Source: Pristiophorus japonicus (Eukaryota). Taken from it: 64,000 nucleotides of DNA. How positions within the stretch are numbered: the stretch's first letter is position 1; each line of letters begins with the position of its first letter. A program made the translations under genes and the position numbers. The notes under the pieces were generated by a model. It searched no databases and was not told the origin of the DNA. It worked only from the letters and a program-made list of their open reading frames with translations. The stretch spans positions 26,846,001-26,910,000 of the forward strand of contig NC_091990.1 of the NCBI RefSeq assembly GCF_044704955.1, in the 5' to 3' direction. This document shows, in pieces, positions 62,170-64,000 of the stretch.

Positions 62170-64000
62170 AGAAGAGAGTGCAGGAGGGGGGGGGGGAGAA
62201 AGAGAGCGCGGGGGGGGGGGAGAAAGAGAGCGCGGGGGGGGGGGAGAAAGAGAGCGCGGGGGGGGGGGGAGAAAGAGAGCGCGGGGGGGGGGGAGAAAGA
62301 GAGCGCGGGGGGGGGGAAAGAGAGCGCGGGGGGGGAGAAAGAGAGCGCGGGGGGGGGAGGAAGAGCGCGGGGGGGGGGAGGAAGAGCGCGGGGGGGGGAG
62401 GAAGAGCGCGGGGGGGGGAGGAAGAGAGCGCGGGGGGGGGAGAAAGAGAGCGCGGGGGGGGGAGAAAGAGAGCGCGGGGGGGGGCAAGAGTGCGGGGGGG
62501 GGCAAGAGTGCGGGGGGGGGGCAAGAGTGCGGGGGGGGCAAGAGTGCGGGGGGGGCAAGAGTGCGGGGGGGGGAGAAAGAGAGCGCGGGGGGGGGAGAAA
62601 GAGAGCGCGGGGGGGGGAGAAAGAGAGCGCGGGGGGGGGGAGAAAGAGAGCGCGGGGGGGGGGAGAAAGAGAGCGCGGGGGGGGGGAGAAAGAGAGCGCG
62701 GGGGGGGGGGGGGAGAAAGAGAGCGCGGGGGGGGGGGGAGAAAGAGAGCGGGGGGGGGAGAAAGAGAGCGCGGGGGGAGGGGGAGGAAGAGCGCGGGGGG
62801 GGAGAAAGAGAGCGCGGGGGGGGAGAAAGAGAGCGCGGGGGGGGGGGAGAAAGAGAGCGGGGGGGGGAGAAAGAGAGCGCGGGGGGAGGGGGAGGAAGAG
62901 CGCGGGGGGGGAGAAAGAGAGCGCGGGGGGGGGAGAAAGAGAGCGCGGGGGGGGGGGGAGAAAGAGAGCGCGGGGGGGGGGGAGAAAGAGAGCGCGGGGG
63001 GGGGGGGGGAGAAAGAGAGCGCGCGGGGGGGGAAAGAGAGCGGGGGGGGAGAGAAAGAGAGCGCGGGGGGAGGGGGAGGAAGAGCGCGGGGGGGGAGAAA
63101 GAGAGCGCGGGGGGGGAGAAAGAGAGCGCGGGGGGGGGAGAAAGAGAGCGCGGGGGGGGCAAGAGTGCGGGGGGGGGAGAAAGAGAGCGCGGGGGGGGGG
63201 AGAAAGAGAGCGCGGGGGGGGGGGGAGAAAGAGAGCGCGGGGGGGGGGGGAGAAAGAGAGCGCGGGGGGGGGGAGAAAGAGAGCGCGGGGGGGGGGGGGG
63301 AGAAAGAGAGCGCGGGGGGGGGGGAGAAAGAGAGCGCGGGGGGGGGGGAGAAAGAGAGCGCGGGGGGGGGGGAGAAAGAGAGCGCGGGGGGGGGGGGGAG
63401 AAAGAGAGCGCGGGGGGGGGGGGGGAGAAAGAGAGCGCGGGGGGGGGGGGAGAAAGAGAGCGCGGGGGGGGGGGGAGAAAGAGAGCGCGGGGGGGGGGGG
63501 AGAAAGAGAGCGCGGGGGGGGGGGAGAAAGAGAGCGCGGGGGGGGGGGGGAGAAAGAGAGCGCGGGGGGGGGGGGAGAAAGAGAGCGCGGGGGGGGGGGG
63601 AGAAAGAGAGCGCGGGGGGGGGGGGGGAAAGAGAGCGCGGGGGGGGGCGGAAGAGTGCGGGGGGGGGAGAAAGAGAGCGCGGGGGGGGGGAGAAAGAGAG
63701 CGCGGGGGGGGGAGAAAGAGAGCGCGGGGGGGGCAAGAGAGCGCGGGGGGGGGGAGAAAGAGAGCGCGGGGGGGGGGGGAGAAAGAGAGCGCGCGGGGGG
63801 GGGAAAGACGCGCGGGGGGGGGAAAGAGCGCGCGGGGGGGGGAAAGAGCGCGCGGGGGGGGGGGAAAGAGCGCGCGGGGGGGGGGAAAGAGCGCGCGGGG
63901 GGGGAAAGAGAGCGGGGGGGGAAAGAGAGCGGGGGGGGAAAGAGAGCGGGGGGGAAAGAGAGCGGGGGGGGGAAAGAGCGCGGGGGGGGGGGGGAAAGAG
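62170..64000. repeat. Polypurine minisatellite (gagaaagagagcgc + G-run of variable length)n in a KDF1 intron
   Basis: Tandem ~22-26-bp units continuing to the window end. Confidence 0.95.

Noticed and set aside
57341-63736. Extensin-like and Pro/Ser/Arg-rich ORFs
   Set aside because: They are translations of the 26-bp and polypurine minisatellites, with no splice or homology support.

Overview
This is vertebrate genomic DNA, most likely from a shark or other cartilaginous fish; that is inferred from the CR1/L2/RTE LINE, Deu-SINE and Mag-type Gypsy repeats. It carries the gene block also found at human 1p36.11. In order: GPATCH3 (- strand, exons 1-2, continuing off the left edge), NR0B2/SHP (- strand, complete, 2 exons, 260 aa), NUDC (+ strand, complete, 9 coding exons, 341 aa) and the terminal coding exon plus 3'UTR of KDF1 (- strand). 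All splice sites used are GT-AG, and phases were checked by hand. Two decayed Gypsy LTR retrotransposons sit back-to-back between NR0B2 and NUDC. Each has paired LTRs, PBS, PPT and a 5-bp TSD, and each is nested inside an older LINE. Large GC-skewed minisatellites lie in the NR0B2 3'UTR, NUDC intron 1, the KDF1 3'UTR and the KDF1 last intron, and they generate most of the long spurious ORFs. I found no convincing evidence for a wholly new biological system. The best leads are the UTR-embedded minisatellites with a shared strand bias, a duplicated KDF1 3'UTR segment flanking the last exon, an RFX motif cluster at NUDC, and LTRs co-oriented with both neighbouring promoters.
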